A stretch of 64,000 nucleotides of DNA from Candidatus Caccovivens sp. Its GTDB lineage: Bacteria > Bacillota > Clostridia > Christensenellales > UBA1242. A program made the translations under genes and the position numbers. The notes under the pieces are model-generated. The model searched no databases. It saw only the letters and a program-made list of their open reading frames with translations, and had not been told where the DNA came from. The stretch lies in assembly GCA_045650745.1 (NCBI GenBank), contig JAZRRN010000041.1:17507-81506 (forward strand), given 5' to 3'. Shown one piece after another: positions 63,051 through 64,000 of this stretch; positions within the stretch are counted from its first letter, which is position 1; each line of letters starts with the position of its first letter.

Positions 63051-64000
63051 ATGAACGAAATCGAAATTTTGAAAGATTTGGTTTCAATCAAATCTTTCAA
63101 CACCAAAGAAAACAAACAAATCATAAGTTACCTTAAAGGTAAATTTGAAAACATTGCAACCGAAATTTCAACACTAACAAACAACACTGACGACAGACAA
63201 AGTTTGCTAATCGGTCTCAACACACCACTTGCCAATGCAAAAGAAGCAATCGTGCTTTCAGGACACATTGACACAGTGATTGCAGATGAAAAATCTTATG
63301 CCACCAACCCATACATTCCAACAATCAAAGATGGCAAATTGTATGGGCTGGGTGCGATTGACATGAAAAGTTTTTTTGCTTGCATAATCAACAACCTTGA
63401 AACCCTCAAACAATCAAACAAACCAATAATCATTGCCATCACGGGTGATGAAGAAACAAAGCTTGAGGGCATCAAACTGATTGCAAACAAAATGAGACAA
63501 CAAAACATAGTTCCAAAATGCTCAATCATTGGCGAGCCGACGGACATGTCCATCTGCACGAGTTCGAAAAGTTGCTGCGAATATCAAATCGAAATCTCTG
63601 GCAAAAGTTGCCACAGCAGCACACCTCAAAATGGAACAAATGCAAACTATATTGCAGCTCGCATTATGTTGTTTATTGAAAAACTCAACACAAAAATAAA
63701 AAACACCACCCTCTCTTGCAACATAGTCAATGGTGGCGAAAAGGTAAACATCATATCAAACAAATGCAAACTTGTTTTTGATGTCAGAAGTCCGTTTGCA
63801 TATTTAGGCAAAAAAGCAATAAACCGAATTGAAAAGTTTGCACAAAAATTGCAAAAGATCTACAACGAGTCTCAAATTGCCATAACCAAAGTTTTGGATA
63901 TTCCGGCATTAGAAAAGAACAAAAGCAAAACAATTGACAAGACAATTTGTCAATTTGCATTGAAAGAAAAAGAGTTTAGGGGTGGCTGTGAGGCCGGCTA
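63051..64000 (+). CDS. M20 family metallopeptidase (ArgE/DapE-like deacylase), 3' end beyond window
   Basis: Not in the ORF track (edge). Hand translation: MNEIEILKDLVSIKSFNTKEN...VLSGHIDTV...GKLYGLGAIDMKSFFA...ITGDEET. SD AAAGGAGAA. Confidence 0.75.
   Translation, partial: MNEIEILKDLVSIKSFNTKENKQIISYLKGKFENIATEISTLTNNTDDRQSLLIGLNTPLANAKEAIVLSGHIDTVIADEKSYATNPYIPTIKDGKLYGLGAIDMKSFFACIINNLETLKQSNKPIIIAITGDEETKLEGIKLIANKMRQQNIVPKCSIIGEPTDMSICTSSKSCCEYQIEISGKSCHSSTPQNGTNANYIAARIMLFIEKLNTKIKNTTLSCNIVNGGEKVNIISNKCKLVFDVRSPFAYLGKKAINRIEKFAQKLQKIYNESQIAITKVLDIPALEKNKSKTIDKTICQFALKEKEFRGGCEAG

Overview
This is a 64-kb chromosomal segment that looks like core genome of a low-GC, anaerobic Firmicutes/Clostridia-like bacterium. 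That placement is inferred from AddAB, a T-box leader, TRTG-type extended -10 promoters, tRNA genes that encode CCA, desulfoferrodoxin and a Spo0A-type DNA-binding domain. I call 60 protein genes (47 on the minus strand, 13 on the plus strand) and 7 tRNAs: a lone Leu-UAG and a Gly-Arg-His-Gln-Gln-Lys operon. I found no rRNA, no CRISPR array, and no recognisable transposase, integrase or phage genes. Housekeeping content includes groES-groEL, dnaG-rpoD, addB-addA, a small yqzL-like ORF followed by recO, a T-box-controlled aspS(archaeal type)-asnS operon, type III glutamine synthetase, ndk, rdgB, an M18 aminopeptidase, pnuC, a U32 peptidase and a dfx / flavin-reductase-rubredoxin pair. Three genes were recovered by hand because the ORF track lacks them: the edge-truncated HAD gene at 1-634, the edge-truncated M20 peptidase at 63051-64000, and the 46-codon yqzL-like ORF. 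I did not find a canonical defence or mobile island. The observations most worth follow-up are: (1) two paralogous MarR genes tied to a duplicated promoter-operator module (paired TTGTTGA-N4-TCAACAA palindromes, 36 bp apart, at two loci 38 kb apart); (2) an 817-aa membrane-anchored coiled-coil protein ending in four AT-hook-like GRP(R/K)K motifs; (3) a C26 glutamine-amidotransferase-like gene with Cys and His replaced, divergent from GS-III, whose long leader ends in an intrinsic terminator; (4) a receiver-less Spo0A C-terminal-domain protein; (5) six genes whose -10 hexamer sits exactly 6 nt from the ATG with no Shine-Dalgarno (leaderless candidates); (6) a T-box whose specifier region reads GACAAC (Asp and Asn codons adjacent) in front of aspS-asnS; (7) a leader with an 11-codon mini-ORF and alternative pairings upstream of the M20 peptidase. 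All family assignments rest on motifs I recognise by eye. No database search, fold prediction or statistics were run.
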